This document shows positions 14,521 through 27,626 of a DNA stretch of 63,909 nt, piece by piece. A program made the translations under genes and the position numbers. The notes beneath the pieces are model-generated. The model saw only the letters and a list, made by a program, of their open reading frames with translations. It searched no databases and was not told the DNA's origin. Numbering within the stretch: the first letter of the stretch is position 1; each line of letters opens with the position of its first letter. The DNA comes from Octopus bimaculoides. Lineage: Eukaryota. The DNA lies in NCBI RefSeq assembly GCF_001194135.2, contig NC_068985.1, positions 112,251,041 to 112,314,949 of the forward strand. Direction: 5' to 3'.

Positions 14521-14820
14521 ATAAGGGCTATATTGGGAGAGAGGTTAGAGTGAAGGGGCCACCACTATATAAACATACACATTTGCAGCAGTCATCTGTA
14601 ATGTGGGGGGTGGATGTCGGTGAGGCATGAACAGCTTCAGTGGGGTGGAGGGAAAAAAGCAGGCAAGTTAGATGTTGGTGTAGGAGAAGAGATTGAGATG
14701 TAGATGGGTGAGAAAAGGGTAGAGAAAAAGAAGAATAAAGATAGAGAGGGAGAAAGAGAGAGAGAGAGAGCTGAGATAATTGATAGAGAAAATGAGGTTC
14801 TGTATGTACATGTGTGCGTA

Positions 14821-14855
<35 letters not shown>

Positions 14856-16126
14856 CCTACATAACAAGATATGAAATCTTGAAATATTGCTGTGGGTTGT
14901 CTAGTGATGTACATATACGTAGATCTATTGACATTTACACATACGCAGGCTTATACCCAGATATGTAGCTAAAGTAATACACAAAGAAAAGTAGATAAAC
15001 TGCTCATACATACATACATGTTAGCTACACACATATACACACACAATGCAGACTCAAAGTCAAACATAGAACAATATTGTTTGCAGTAATGCCATTAGTG
15101 GTGTTGAGAGTGATGCACTGTACAGAGAGAAGTATTAATGAAAATAGCATTGGTATTCAACCCTAGGTCAAATCCACAAGCAGACCTATGATCAACAATG
15201 TTCCAACAGTAACAACATCAGATCATTGATTTGGACATAGAGCATCGTGCATCTTGGACCACATTGGCCACAGTGACGCCACCTCCCCCCACCCCACTTG
15301 GATTTGATTTGAAGGATATACGGTTGCTATTTGGAGCAGGTTGTACATCTGTACAGAGGTTCCCCCACCCACGTTGGTCATATAATGCAGAGGGTTGGCA
15401 GAATCAGATTAGTACAATGTTGGTTAAAATGCCTTGTGGTAAATACAAGTGCCCTTGACATTCTGAGATCAAATCCCACTGAGAATGACTTTGCCTTTCA
15501 CCCTTCCAAAGTTAATAGAGGGTGCCACTTTAGCATGTAAATTACCCTCACTCCTACATTTCAGTGTGTAATCAACTTGCACATTTACACTTCAGAATGC
15601 TGTCTACCTCCACTACAAGAACTTTATGCTGTAGGACGATAAACACAAGTTCAATAATGTTGGATAATGTCTTATTATTAATGATATAAAGACCTGTCCT
15701 CCACAGTAAAAGTGTTATTGCTGCTGCCTCTGCTGGAGAGGATTGGCCTTCAAGAACCCTGTGCAAATGTCACATAGAGAGCGCCAGTGTCAGTGTTACA
15801 CAAAAGCACCCATGCTTCTTGCTGGAAATCACTTACAAGCTGGAGCAATGTGAAATGAAGTGTTTTACTCAAGAATGCTATGCACCACTCGGTCTAGGAA
15901 TCAAATTGAGAACACAATGTGCCGCCCTTGGAATTAAAAGCATAACCATACAATTTTGAGCATGGCAGCCCAACCATTAGGTCATGCCCCTTCACTTTGT
16001 AAGAGAATCACTGAATCATTTAGAAATCAGGTGTCAAGGAGAATACATGCAACTGCAATAAATATGTGCAAAGAACAGAGAAAGAGAGAGAGAGAGAGTT
16101 AATGAAAGAGAGATATGCCAACTCAC

Positions 16127-16194
16127 CTGACAAGGCACATTTCCTGTACAAGATGGTGGGGAGGAGATATGGTTTGTGTCGATGAATACATTAT
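16127..16194 (-). CDS. Caskin: Caskin linker exon (68 nt, phase 1 to phase 0): (D)NVFIDTNHISSPPSCTGNVPCQ
   Basis: ttattattattttttgttttag|AT AAT GTA ... TGT CAG|gtgagt. Consensus acceptor and donor, open in the phase left by the 210-nt exon. Confidence 0.7.
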
Positions 16195-17134
16195 CTAAAA
16201 CAAAAAATAATAATAATAATAAATAAGGACGTTTTGATCAATGTTAAGCATCAGTTCCTAATCATACAAAAATTAGTTACTTCTATGTGAAATGGAAACA
16301 AGCAATATTAACGATATGTTTCTGATGAGTTGCAGCTCAAAAGATTTTTTTAAAACTTAGCCCAAGTTGAACAGTTTTTGTTTTCAATTTGGGTCTGTGG
16401 TTCTCGGCTAGGGACCGTATGATCTTTGAGGGTCCATATAAAATTTTGTTGTTAAAATTTATGTGCAATAAACTTGTTATATAATAGAAAACATATTTAA
16501 GCAACTTTTTTTTTATACAGGTGCAGGCGTGGCTGTGTGGTAAGAAGTTTGTGTCTCAACTGGATGGTTCTGTTTTCAGTTCCACTGTAATGCACCTGGA
16601 ACAAGCTTCTTCTATCTACTATAGCCTTGGGCTGACTGAAGCCTCGTGTGGATTTGGTAGATGGAAACTCAAAAAAACATATCATATCATTTACTTAAAT
16701 ATTGTATCTTTTACAAACATAGCCTTTCCTATCAGCTTTAATATATATATATATATATATATTTAGTAGAAAGTGGGTTATACATCTTTAGATTGTATAC
16801 CTGACTTTCTACTATAAAATTAATGAAATAGACGGAACGCTGAACTCCAGACTAAACAACTCAAACAACATTTATTTAGGTGGTAAAACATACATATCTT
16901 TAGTTATACATCTTTAGAGGTGAGAATAACGAGCTGTCGAGTATAAGACCGAAAGATGTAGAGACAGCTTTAAACACACGTCCATGCTCAATCACTGGCC
17001 AGCGAGAAAGAGAATGAATTGAGCGGGAAACACTTGCTTGTTTAATTCTACGCATGCGTAAGACTACGCATGCGCAGGCGTTACTACATATATATATAGA
17101 AATACATATATGTGTACATATATACATATATATA

Positions 17135-18062
17135 TATCGTGATGGCACCTGTGCCCAGCGTCGCCTTTCTGGCACTTGTGCCCACGGCATGTGTAAGGAC
17201 TTTCGAGCGAAATCGTTGCCAGTGTTCCTAGACTGGCTCTTGTGCAGGTGGCACATAAAATACACCATTTTGAGCGTGGCCGTTGCCAGTACCGCCTGAC
17301 TGGCCTTCGTGCCGATGGCACATAAAAGCACCCACTACACTCTCTGAGTGGTTGGCATTTAGGAAGGGCATCCAGCTGTAGAAACTCTGCCAAATGCTGT
17401 GCGGGAGAAGACCCGGCAAGCCAAGCGAGACCTAAATCTAAGGCCTCTGCCAGTCTATTTAGGCGTACCTTCCTTCATTGGACACTAAACTCCACTTGCG
17501 AAGACCTGTTGAGGCAAGTGAAATCGAAATCTAGTTAAATTGGACACTAAACTCCACTTGCGAAGACCTTTTGAGGCAAGTGAAGTCGAAATCAAGTCAA
17601 ATTGGACACTAAACTCCACTTGCGAAGACCTGTTGAGNNNNNNNNNNNNNNNNNNNNNNNNNNNNNNNNNNNNNNNNNNNNTTATTGGGGCAAGTGAAAG
17701 CGAAATTGTGATGGCACCTGTGCCCAGCATCGCCTTTCTGGCACTTGTGCCTGCGGCATGTGTAAGGACTTTCGAGCGAAATCGTTGCCAGTGCCCCTGG
17801 ACTGGCTCTTGTGCGGATGGCACATAAAATATACCATTTTGAGCATGGCCGTTGCCAGTACCGCCTGACTGGCCTTCGTGCCGGTGGCACGTAAAAGCAC
17901 CCTCTACACTCTCCGAGTGGTTGGCGTTAGGAAGGGCATCCAGCTGTAGAAACTCTGCCAAATCAGATTGGAGCCTGGTGTAGCCATCTGGTTTCACCAG
18001 TCCTCAGTCAAATCGTCCAACCCATGCTAGCATGGAAAGCGGATGTTAAACGACGATGATGA
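17135..18062 (+). mobile_element. Composite family-B (RTE 3' UTR) element with internal duplication and a 62-bp tandem repeat
   Basis: Two near-identical UTR modules (about 17135-17390 and 17700-18062), an ORF-end fragment AVREKTRQAK at about 17395-17425, and a (GAT)n tail. Confidence 0.8.
17478..17637. repeat. 62-bp tandem repeat (at least 2.5 units, runs into a gap)
   Basis: ttggacactaaactccacttgcgaagacc starts at 17478, 17540 and 17602. Confidence 0.9.
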
Positions 18063-18249
18063 TATACACACACACACACACATATATATACATATAAAAA
18101 TCATTGGGAGAAACAATCTTATTAGATGGAGTCCTATAAACATAATCAAACAAATGGAACAGATTTTGATGGTAGTATGGATTAAATCTTTAATCTAACC
18201 AGACAGCTGTTTCTGTCGCAAAAGACCATGTTTCGGGTATACAATTTAA

Positions 18250-19065
18250 GAATAGGTATTTCAACAATAGTAATACACATTATTATATTATGTCATTGGC
18301 CAGTGTGATTTATGTGGTGGGCGGATAGCACGGGGCCCAAGTTTTGGGTGTATCTTAAAGGTAATACCAACATCATTTGGGCAATGCTGATGTGGAATAT
18401 TCTCGACATTCTGCAGATGGTGTAGCGCTCAAGGTGACATTGCAAAGAATAAAACCTGAGCTTTTCTAGTCAAGGCCTGTCATGCCATCTATTTTTTTTG
18501 TAATTGATCTTTGAGGCGCTTCAACTTTGATGACACTTTATTTCGGGTGGGGAGACCACAGTGGACAACAGTATTCAAGGTGGGGTTAGGCAAAAGTAGA
18601 GAAGAGAAGAATAATGGTGTGGATATCTCTCGACTGGAAAGTTCTGAGAATCCAGGAACACATTCTGTGGGCCATGTCAGTTTTGCTGTTTATATGAGCA
18701 ACCCAGCTTATGTTGTTGTCCACAATTACTCTCAAGTTTCTTAGGTTGTTGGATGCCATTAAAATTTCACCTGAAGGAAGGAAGTATGGGAGTTTCAGGG
18801 TAACCACTTTTCCTAAGTGGATTAACTCAAATTTGTCCTCAACAGTATATTATTCATTTCCCCACATTGGATGACAGCCAGTTGATCTGACTGAAGACAT
18901 GACCGGTGAACCACTTCATTGACAACCCTCCGGATCTTGGAATCATCTGCAAAGATTCTTATGTTGCCATGTCAGTAATGTCAGTGATGAAGATGATGAA
19001 AAGAAGTGAACCCAACACAGTGCCTTGTGGAACACCACTACTGACTTTGGCAGGGATTGATTTTA
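18250..19065 (-). mobile_element. CR1/L2/jockey-group LINE RT remnant
   Basis: SGVPQGTVLGSLLFIIFITDI; LRNLRVIVDNNISWVAHIN...WILRTFQSRD; PHLEYCCPLWSPH; LEKLRFYSLQ. Frameshifted. Confidence 0.85.
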
Positions 19066-19530
19066 GTCCCACTGCATGGCACCTTGGACAAGTGTCTTCT
19101 ATTATAGCCTCAGGCCATCTAAAGCCTTGTGAGTGGATTTGGTAGATGGAAAGTGAAAGAAGCCCATCATATGTGTGTGTGTGTGTGTATATTTGTGTTT
19201 GAAACCCCACCATCGCTTGACAACCAATGTAGGGGTGTTTATGTCCACATAACTTAGCGGTTCAGCAAGAGGCCAGTAGAATAAGTACCAGGCTTACAAA
19301 GAATAAGTCCTAGGGTTGATTTGTTTGACTAAAGGCAGTGATCCAGCATGGCCACAGCCAAATGATTGAGACAAGTAAAATAATAAAAGAGTGTATACAC
19401 ACACACAGTGAGTGTGTCTTTGTGTCTGTGTTTGTCTCCACTGCTATTTGGCAATTAGTGTGGATGTGTTTACACCCCTACGACACAGAGGTTCAGCAAA
19501 AGAGACTTATAAAATAAGTACCAGGTTTAA

Positions 19531-19566
<36 letters not shown>

Positions 19567-20500
19567 TACGAGAGTTGATTCATTTGACTAAAATTCTTCA
19601 AGGCAGTGCTCCTGCATGGCCACAGTCTAATGACTGAAAGAAGTAAGAAGGTAAATATATGTGGTTAAGGATGGCTGTATGTTTTAAGGAATTTTGTTCA
19701 CAACCATCTGTACGGAGGTTCAGTCCCAACGTGAGGTACTTCAGGCAAGTGTCTTCTACCATAGACTTAGGCCTGCCAAAACCTTGTGAGTAGATTTGGC
19801 AGATGGAAACTGAAAGAAGCCCGTCATTTATGTGTGTGTGAGAGAGAGCGTAGATATGGGTGTGTCTCCTTGTCTTGTCCTCACACAATAGTTGTAAACA
19901 AGTGCCAATGTTATATAAACGGTGTCCTTCGTTGCCAATCATCTATGAAAACACATGGGGGGGTTGGGGGGGGGGTTGGATATTACAATATTACATTGCT
20001 TGGAAACGAGAGAGGATTGGCAATGAATTCTGTCTGAACATTAATACATCGACAACGCTGCTGCTGCTGCTAACGATGATAAAACTGATGAGGATAACGA
20101 TGATAAAACTGATGAGGATGATGATGAGTCTGTATTTCATAATCTCTATTCAATAAAACAGAGGATGTTAAAACAAGCACAACCAGGTTTAAACAAGTAC
20201 AATGGTCGATGCAATCAACTAAAACACTTTAAGGCAGTGCCCCTGGATGGCTGCAGTCCAAAGACTGAAACCAGTTATATACAAGCTCACACACAGAGTG
20301 AGACTAAATAATGCGTTTATTAAACATACATGGCATGGTTTCCGCTTACATATTTATGCATAAGCATGCTGTGTTACTTTAAGAGTGGAACTACTTCCTT
20401 GGTAGGTGATTTGATCTGAGATCATGAGTTGAAACCGAAAACAATTAACACATTGTTCCAGAGGAGTAATGATAGACATGTTAGAACACACACACACACA

Positions 20501-20893
20501 TACTCTTTTACTTGTTTCAGTCATTTGACTGCGGCCATGCTGGAGCACTGCCTTTAGTCGAGCAAATCGACCCCGGGACTTATTCTTTGTAAGCCTAGTA
20601 CTTATTCTACCGGTCTCTTTTGCCAAACTGCTAAATGACGGGGACCTAAACACACCAGCATCGGTTGTCAAGCAATGCTAGAGGGACAAACACAGACACA
20701 CAAACACATACACACACATATATATATACATATATACGATGGGCTTCTTTCAGTTTCCGTCTACCAAATCCACTCACAAGGCTTTGGTCAGCCTGAGGCT
20801 ATAGTAGAAGACACTTGCCCAAGATGCCACGCAGTGGGACTGAACCCGGAACTATGTGGTTGGTAAGCAAGCTACTTACCACACAGCCACTCC
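20501..20893 (-). mobile_element. tRNA-derived SINE family A, full length (tRNA-like head, CORE-like centre, internal microsatellite, 3' domain)
   Basis: Reverse complement reads ggagtggctgtgtggtaagtagcttgc...gggttcagtcccactgcgtggca.cttgggcaagtgtcttc...gaaacaagtaaaagag, with A-box and B-box-like motifs. More than 15 copies in the window. Confidence 0.85.
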
Positions 20894-22129
20894 TTTTTAT
20901 TTGGGATATTGTATAAAATGTGACCTACATGGAAAAAGTGTAAAATATAAACACCAAACATATACATTGATGATATACAAAGAGATGACAATATATGTTA
21001 TATATCTACCATGACATCTACTAGAGTTATTTTAATGACTAAACACTAAACTGTATGAATTGTTAACAAGGTGGCTTGCTGTAACAAAGGGTAAAGGTTC
21101 AAGCTGGCCTTTCAGAACCACACAGTGCATGTCAGACAAAAGCATATTACTAATTGCTACTAGGAATCAGGTAACCATAGCAACTTTATGGCTGAGTGGC
21201 TTTTGTCAGGAAGGGTAAACAGCTGGGAATAACTCAAAACTAACATAGTAGAAACAAAATTGATTCTGTGAATGGGAGGTGCTGGAAAGTAGAACAAGGA
21301 AGATTTGATTAGATGTAAATGAGGGAAGATTTGGACAGTTGGTGGAGGTGGTGGATGGAAGGTGTCGCACAGGTAGACATGGTGGCAAAGGGCATCTGTG
21401 GTAGGAGTAGACTAAGGAAGACTTGAATGGTGGTGGCAGTGTTGGATTATAGAGGTGGTGGTGGCAGTGGTGGACAGGTGTGGCACAAGTAGACATGGTG
21501 GCAATGGATGGTGATGGTTGGTCAAGGTGCCCTTGGGTAATGGTAGCATAGGGCATCTGTGGTAGGAGTAGACTAAGAAAGGCTTAAATGGTGGTGGCAG
21601 TGGTGAATGGTAGATGTAGAGGTAGATTAGGGAAGACCTAGGAGTTGATGGTAGGAATTTGAAATGGAAAAAGCAAAGACTCAAGGGTTGGCAGTGATGG
21701 TTGGTAAGGTACAACAGTGGCAAAAGAAGTAAGTTTTGGGGGTTGGTGGTGATGGTGAGCAGAGATGATAGAAATGACAAAGGATATTATGGAAAACAAC
21801 AGTAAGGGCCAAAAGGACACTAAAACCACAGAGACACATGTAAACATGTAATGCATCATCACCATCATCATCGTCTTGATGTCCACTTTTTCATGTTTGC
21901 ATGGGTCAGACAGAGTTTGCTGAGGCAGATTTTCTATGACTTGGTGCCCTTCCCCCTTATTGCCAACTCTTAAGCAAGTTAATATATCTCTCCTTGGTCG
22001 GGGCATGTTTTCATGGAAGATTGGACACAAATAACATTGCTTGTATGAAAGTAACACTCATTTACAATGAATACAGTTATGCCAGTACCATCTGACTGGT
22101 ACCCAGGCCGGTGACAAGTAAAAAGTGCC

Positions 22130-22445
22130 ATTTGAGCATTGGGCCTCATTGAGGCAGTGACAGGTGACCAACACCCTTGGTGATATACCATGCTTGGGTA
22201 GACCTGTCAAGCCAAGTGAGACCGTAGTCATGGTCAGGTCAATGGCACTAATGCCAGTGGCTCATAAAAAAACACCCACTACACTCTCAGAGTGGTTGGC
22301 ATTAGGAAGGGCATCCAGCTGTAGAAACCTTGCCAAATCAGATTGGAACCTAGTGCAGCCCCCTGGCATACTAGTTTTCAGTCAAACCGTCCAACCCATG
22401 CCAGCATGGAAAGCGGACATTAAATAATGAAGTTGATAATGATGA
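22130..22445 (+). mobile_element. RTE ORF end plus 3' UTR (family B)
   Basis: LGLIEAVTGDQ...QAK* followed directly by gtggttggcattaggaagggcatccagctgtagaaac...ggaaagcggacattaa. Confidence 0.7.
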
Positions 22446-22874
22446 TGACAGTATAAAAACAATGAAACACAAACACACACACACAACACACTAATCTATG
22501 TAGTCTGGAATAAATCATCTTCATCATCATTTAATATCCATTTTCCATATTGGCATGGATTGGATGCTTTGACAGGATCTGCTGAACCACAGGGCAGCAT
22601 TGTGCTCCATGCTCTTCCTAATGCCAGTCACCTAATACTGGGTATTGGATGCTCCTTTTTTTAATTTTTATTTTGTGCCACCAACATTAGTGGCATCGCC
22701 AAGTAGCTAAATGGATATGAAAGAACAAGAAAAGAGAGAAAAAGGAAGCGTCCCCTTGATTATGTAAGAGAAATTTTGGAGAGGGTGGACAACAAATTTT
22801 ATACCAGGGACAAGCAGAGATGTCCCATGTGTAAAGAAATAAAGAATGGTAAGCAGAATTCCGGTTTAAGCTCC

Positions 22875-23420
22875 CCATGTAATCCTTCATAACCTTTCTT
22901 TATTTTTTGCAATTTTCAGAAAATTTTTGCAAACACAGGAAGAATTCATATGATTATGCAAAAAAACCAAAAAAAACCCCAAAACCCCCCTCACTTTTTT
23001 TGTGTGATTTAAGACCGATTTAGCTGTTATTTTTAGCACATCTCACGACCACCTGATACCTTCCTTGTTTCTTTGTCACTCTGACAGGTATTGAGGTTTT
23101 TCACCATTTTTCTCTCCATAAACATATTTAATCGAATGATGATGCACCCAAGGGCAGTCCATTGCTAAGAGTTAAGCAAAGAATTTGGATTGTCCATATT
23201 TGAAACTCTGGTTTAAAAAAAACATTCAGGAAAGAGAACTTTTAGGATTGGAAGTTGGGGGCGGGGAGAAACGGGTTTTAAAAAAATTTTCTTTTAAATT
23301 AAAAAAATTTTTTTTTCTTTTTCATAATTGTATGAACTCCCATGTGTAGAACAAAAATTTGCAGAAATTTTCTGAAAATTCCCCAAAAATAGAAAAGTTA
23401 TGAAGGGTTATATATGATGT
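22875..23420. repeat. Inverted-repeat (MITE-like) element about 140 nt downstream of the 210-nt exon
   Basis: aatccttcataacc...aattttcagaaaattt pairs with aaattttctgaaaatt...gttatgaagggtta. Confidence 0.65.
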
Positions 23421-23562
23421 GCTTAAGCTACAATTCCAGAGAATGGCCATTTCTCACAGCTAAGACATTTACGATTATAAATTTGCTAAATCATAATTGA
23501 TCTGATGCTTAACAACAAGATGTGAAGTTTCAAAAAAGGGAAACGGTAAACTTTAAACTTAC

Positions 23563-23772
23563 CATGTGACTGATTGGATGTCATGGCGCTGGGTGATGGT
23601 GGGGGTGGAGGAAAGGGATACGTATCATCACTTCCACTCCCATCTGATGTGGTTCGTTTTGTGGTCCCGTAAGCCAAACTGTTGCGATTGAGAAGATCAG
23701 GCACTTGAATGCCGGTAGCAGGAACCAGCGGGGGAGTCTTGGTGTTGATATGATTGTGTGATGACGAGTGAG
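23563..23772 (-). CDS. Caskin: Caskin linker exon (210 nt, phase 1-1), Ser/Thr/Pro-rich with an FPPPPP motif
   Basis: ttatctcatttccttgcag|CT CAC TCG ... CAT G|gtaagt; exactly 70 codons, open: HSSSHNHINTKTPPLVPATGIQVPDLLNRNSLAYGTTKRTTSDGSGSDDTYPFPPPPPSPSAMTSNQSH. Phase matches the SH3 exon. Assignment to Caskin is by position, strand and phase. Confidence 0.8.
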
Positions 23773-24038
23773 CTGCAAGGAAATGAGATAAGATTGCAAT
23801 AAGAAAGAGAGACAGACGAGGAGAAAGATGACAGACCAAACGAAACAAAAAAAATAAATAAATAAATAATGAAAAATAAACAATAAAATAATAGAAATGT
23901 GGGTGGTTACTATAGATACAAGTGTGTCTGGATGCAGGGCAGAATGACAGCTGGGACACAAGCTAAAGAATTTAGAGTTTGGTGGTGCTTTATCAGTTTC
24001 GCGTGAGTATATGTTTTATATATACATATATACATATA

Positions 24039-24069
<31 letters not shown>

Positions 24070-24257
24070 ACATGCATACATATATATACATACACACACA
24101 TGTATACACACAAACATGTATATACATACATATATATACACAAGCACACAGACATATACAAACACACACATTTACATATATATACACACACACATATATA
24201 TGGACTGTGTGCGCCTGTGTGTGTGAGTGTATATATAGACATGTGTGTATGTATGTA

Positions 24258-24300
<43 letters not shown>

Positions 24301-25569
24301 TTGTATAATATGTTATTTTAAAGCTAAATATACTGTCCAAACATGACTACCATGATGTGGTTGGATGGTTGGATGTATTCCTCTTGGTGCACTGAGCTAC
24401 CAGTTATCAGTGGCTGTGCAAAATCTACCCCTGCACCCACACATCACTGCAGAGAGGGGGCGCTTGCCCTCCCCCCCAACACTGTTATCAATACTATATT
24501 GACATCTCTAACACTGCCAAATCACCATACCACCACCACCACCACCAACATCATCACATCTACTACCATGTGTTTAGCATGTTTCCTTGTTCACCTGAGG
24601 TCAATGACCCAGATATGAAAGGATGTTGTGATGGACACAGACACACACAAAAATAACCAAAGATATTTTATTTATTTACTCATTTATTTGTTTTATTTTG
24701 CACTGCTTTTTCCAAAGTGCATATGAGGATTTGAACCAAGTGCTTTGAGATACTAAAATACTGATGGATTACATATTGCCCTTGTTCGTAACTGCAAGGT
24801 AAAACTGCACCATCTTATGATAACACATCTACGGTTAGGACACTACACAGAACTAGTGGTCTAGTGACTTTTAGGTAGAGGGTGAAAATCTTAATTGGGT
24901 TAGGATTGAGTAGATACTGACAGCAGAGAGATGCATTATAAGACACTTTCTTGAGACAAACACTGCAGCTTTTCTGGCTTTTTACACTATATCTACATAG
25001 AAATATACAGAATGCTATTTTGAATTAATATTGTCTCCATTACTAATACCAATTTGCGACACCAGTAATTTGTTAATCACTGTTTTTCTATATCAGTAGA
25101 AGCTAAAATTGTCTAAGTGATTGATAGTGGATACTTGCAACTGATGATGTGCAAAGACGCAGCTGGATGCTATTCATCTGCTACCGATATATTTTTTGTG
25201 CTTTTTAGCACTATACGTCTATAAAAGATACTTTCTCTGGCTTTCTACAGTATATCTACATTAAATAAAATATACAGAACGCTATTTTGAACTACCACTA
25301 CTTCCATCCTTAATAATGAATTAATATAGATGACATAATTATAGTTAACTGCTTTTCAACTCTGGGTTTATGCCAGGAATCTCAGTTTGCAGAGCTGGCA
25401 TATCCTTGAGCAAACTGTTCTGGCTTCTAAAGTGCACTAAAGTAGAAAGCAGGCAATCATTTTATGACTGGTTGGTTGACAACTTCAGCTTACAGTTGTA
25501 ACCCGACATTTTTCATACTTTGGCTAACTTTTAAATTCAATATTGCTATCACTCATAGATATGCTTATA

Positions 25570-25735
25570 AAATATTTTTAAAATACGGTGCAGCATCCAT
25601 GACTTTTGGAAACATTTTTTCACTCAGAATTTTCAAAGCATGGAATAAACTATCTGCATCAGTTATTGGCAGTCAGAACACCACATCTTTCAAGATTTCT
25701 ATGCTCCTTGAAATTTACCAGCGCTACCCCTGATG
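25570..25735 (+). mobile_element. CR1-like LINE 3' end remnant
   Basis: NIFSLRIFKAWNKLSASVIGSQNTTSFK resembles the CR1 C-terminal FFSNRVV..WN.LP..VV...S...FK motif. Confidence 0.55.
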
Positions 25736-27236
25736 TGCCTTTCCTCTTTATGGATATCTTTCACTTTTCATTTATCCTTTACTTGTTTCAGTCATTTGAC
25801 TGTGGCCATGCTGGGGCACCACCTTGAAGAATTTTTAGTCAAATACATTGATCCCAGTATTTCTTTTTTTAAAGCCTGGAACTTATTCTATTGGTCTCTT
25901 TTGCCAAACCATTAAGCTACAGGGATGTAGGCACAGACACAAAGACATATACACACACACACACAGAGGCATGATGGGCTTCTTTCAGTTTCTGTCTACC
26001 AAATCCAATCACAAAGCTTTGGTTGGCCCAAGGCTATTATAATAGAAGACATTTTTTCAAGGTGCCCTGCAGTGAGACTGAACCTGGAACCATGTGGTTG
26101 AGAAGCTAGTTTCTTTTGCATTTCATTCTTTGTACTATACTTTTGCCTAGCATTACTGTCTTTCTTTAATGACTACTGCTGCCTTCTGCCCCATTTTTCA
26201 CCCTTTGGCAACAAGTTGTAATGAAACTGAGCACTGTATACAATAAGCTTATTATTATCATCTAGCGCTTGCAAGCCAACTGTATTAATGATCAGACAAC
26301 GTAGCTATTTGCAAGTCTTCTTTCAATGTATGACAGTCGTAGTATCATGACAATGGTTGTTGTTGCAGAATGTGCTACTGTGCTTAACTTATGACTATAT
26401 ATAAACAGACAAACATTATGCCATTTCTTTCTAGATTTCTATACAAACTACACTTTCAGCATGACTTAATTCTTGCTGGCAATGGTGCTGCATAAAAAAG
26501 CACCCAAGCCACTCTGTAAAGTGGTTGGCATTAGGAAGGGCATCCAGCTGTAAAAACCATGCCAAAATAGACCTCACTGGGGCTGGTGCCACATAAAAAG
26601 CATCCAGTCCAGTCCAGTCTGTAAGGTGGTTGGTATCAAGAAAGGCATCCAGCCATAAAAATCAGGCCAAAACAGACAGTGATGCCTGGTGCAGTCTTTT
26701 GGATTGCCAGCTCCTATTGAACTATCCAACCCATGCCAGCATGGAAAACAGGGATGATGATGATGAAGACTGTGAATTATGAGTTCAAAACAAATTGGAA
26801 CAAGATTATATTATCATATAGCAAAAACCAGAATTATTATAATTATTATAAATACAATTTAGTGTATTTGGAGAATGCACAGTGCTCACCTAGCGTGTGT
26901 CTGTGCGTGCGTGTACACACAGACACACAATATGTGTCACTAGTTGTATAACCTGTCCTGCTAGCATTACATGACTAATAAATGTTCTTGTCAAGATAAA
27001 ACAGCAGAGTTAAAATAGCAGAAACAAATTTCATTCATTCGAATTTAATAATTTTTTTTTTTTTTACATCTGTTTTTCTATGCTAGCATGTGTTGGATAA
27101 ATATACCATTGAAGCATCGTTTTACACCCAGATGCCCTTCTTCTCTCTATCCATTACCTGTTTTGCAAGGGGTCTCTTCACTCACATGTCTCTGAAGGCA
27201 TGAAAAAGGAAGACGATTTACTCTTTTTTTTTTTAT

Positions 27237-27626
27237 TACTCTTTTGCTTGTTTCAGTCATTTGACTGCAGCCATGCTGGAGCACCGCCTTTTAGTCGAGC
27301 ATATCAACCCCGGGACTTATTCTTTGTAAGCCTAGTACTTATTCTATCGGTCTCTTTTGCTGAACCGCTAAGTGACAGGGACATAAACACACCAGCATCG
27401 GTTGTCAAGCAATGCTAGGGGGACAAACACAGACACACAAACACACACACATATACATATATACGACGGGCTTCATTCAGTTTCTGTCTACCAAATCCAC
27501 TCACAAGGCTTTGGTCAGCCCGAGGCTATAGTAGAAGACACTTGCCCAAGATGCCACGCAGCGGGACTGAACCCGGAACCATGTGGTTGGTAAGCAAGCT
27601 GCTTACCACACAGCCACTCCTGCACC
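27237..27626 (-). mobile_element. SINE family A, full length
   Basis: Near-identical to 20501-20893. Confidence 0.85.

Noticed and set aside
15215-15349. Frame reading DVQPAPNSNRISFKSNPSG after a tacag acceptor
   Set aside because: Needs phase 1 but the preceding exon leaves phase 0; no convincing donor; the frame ends in a stop.
22660-22745. Strong acceptor followed by ATWRCH* and AATAAA
   Set aside because: Runs immediately into a degenerate repeat and the putative UTR would be only about 20 nt; probably chance.
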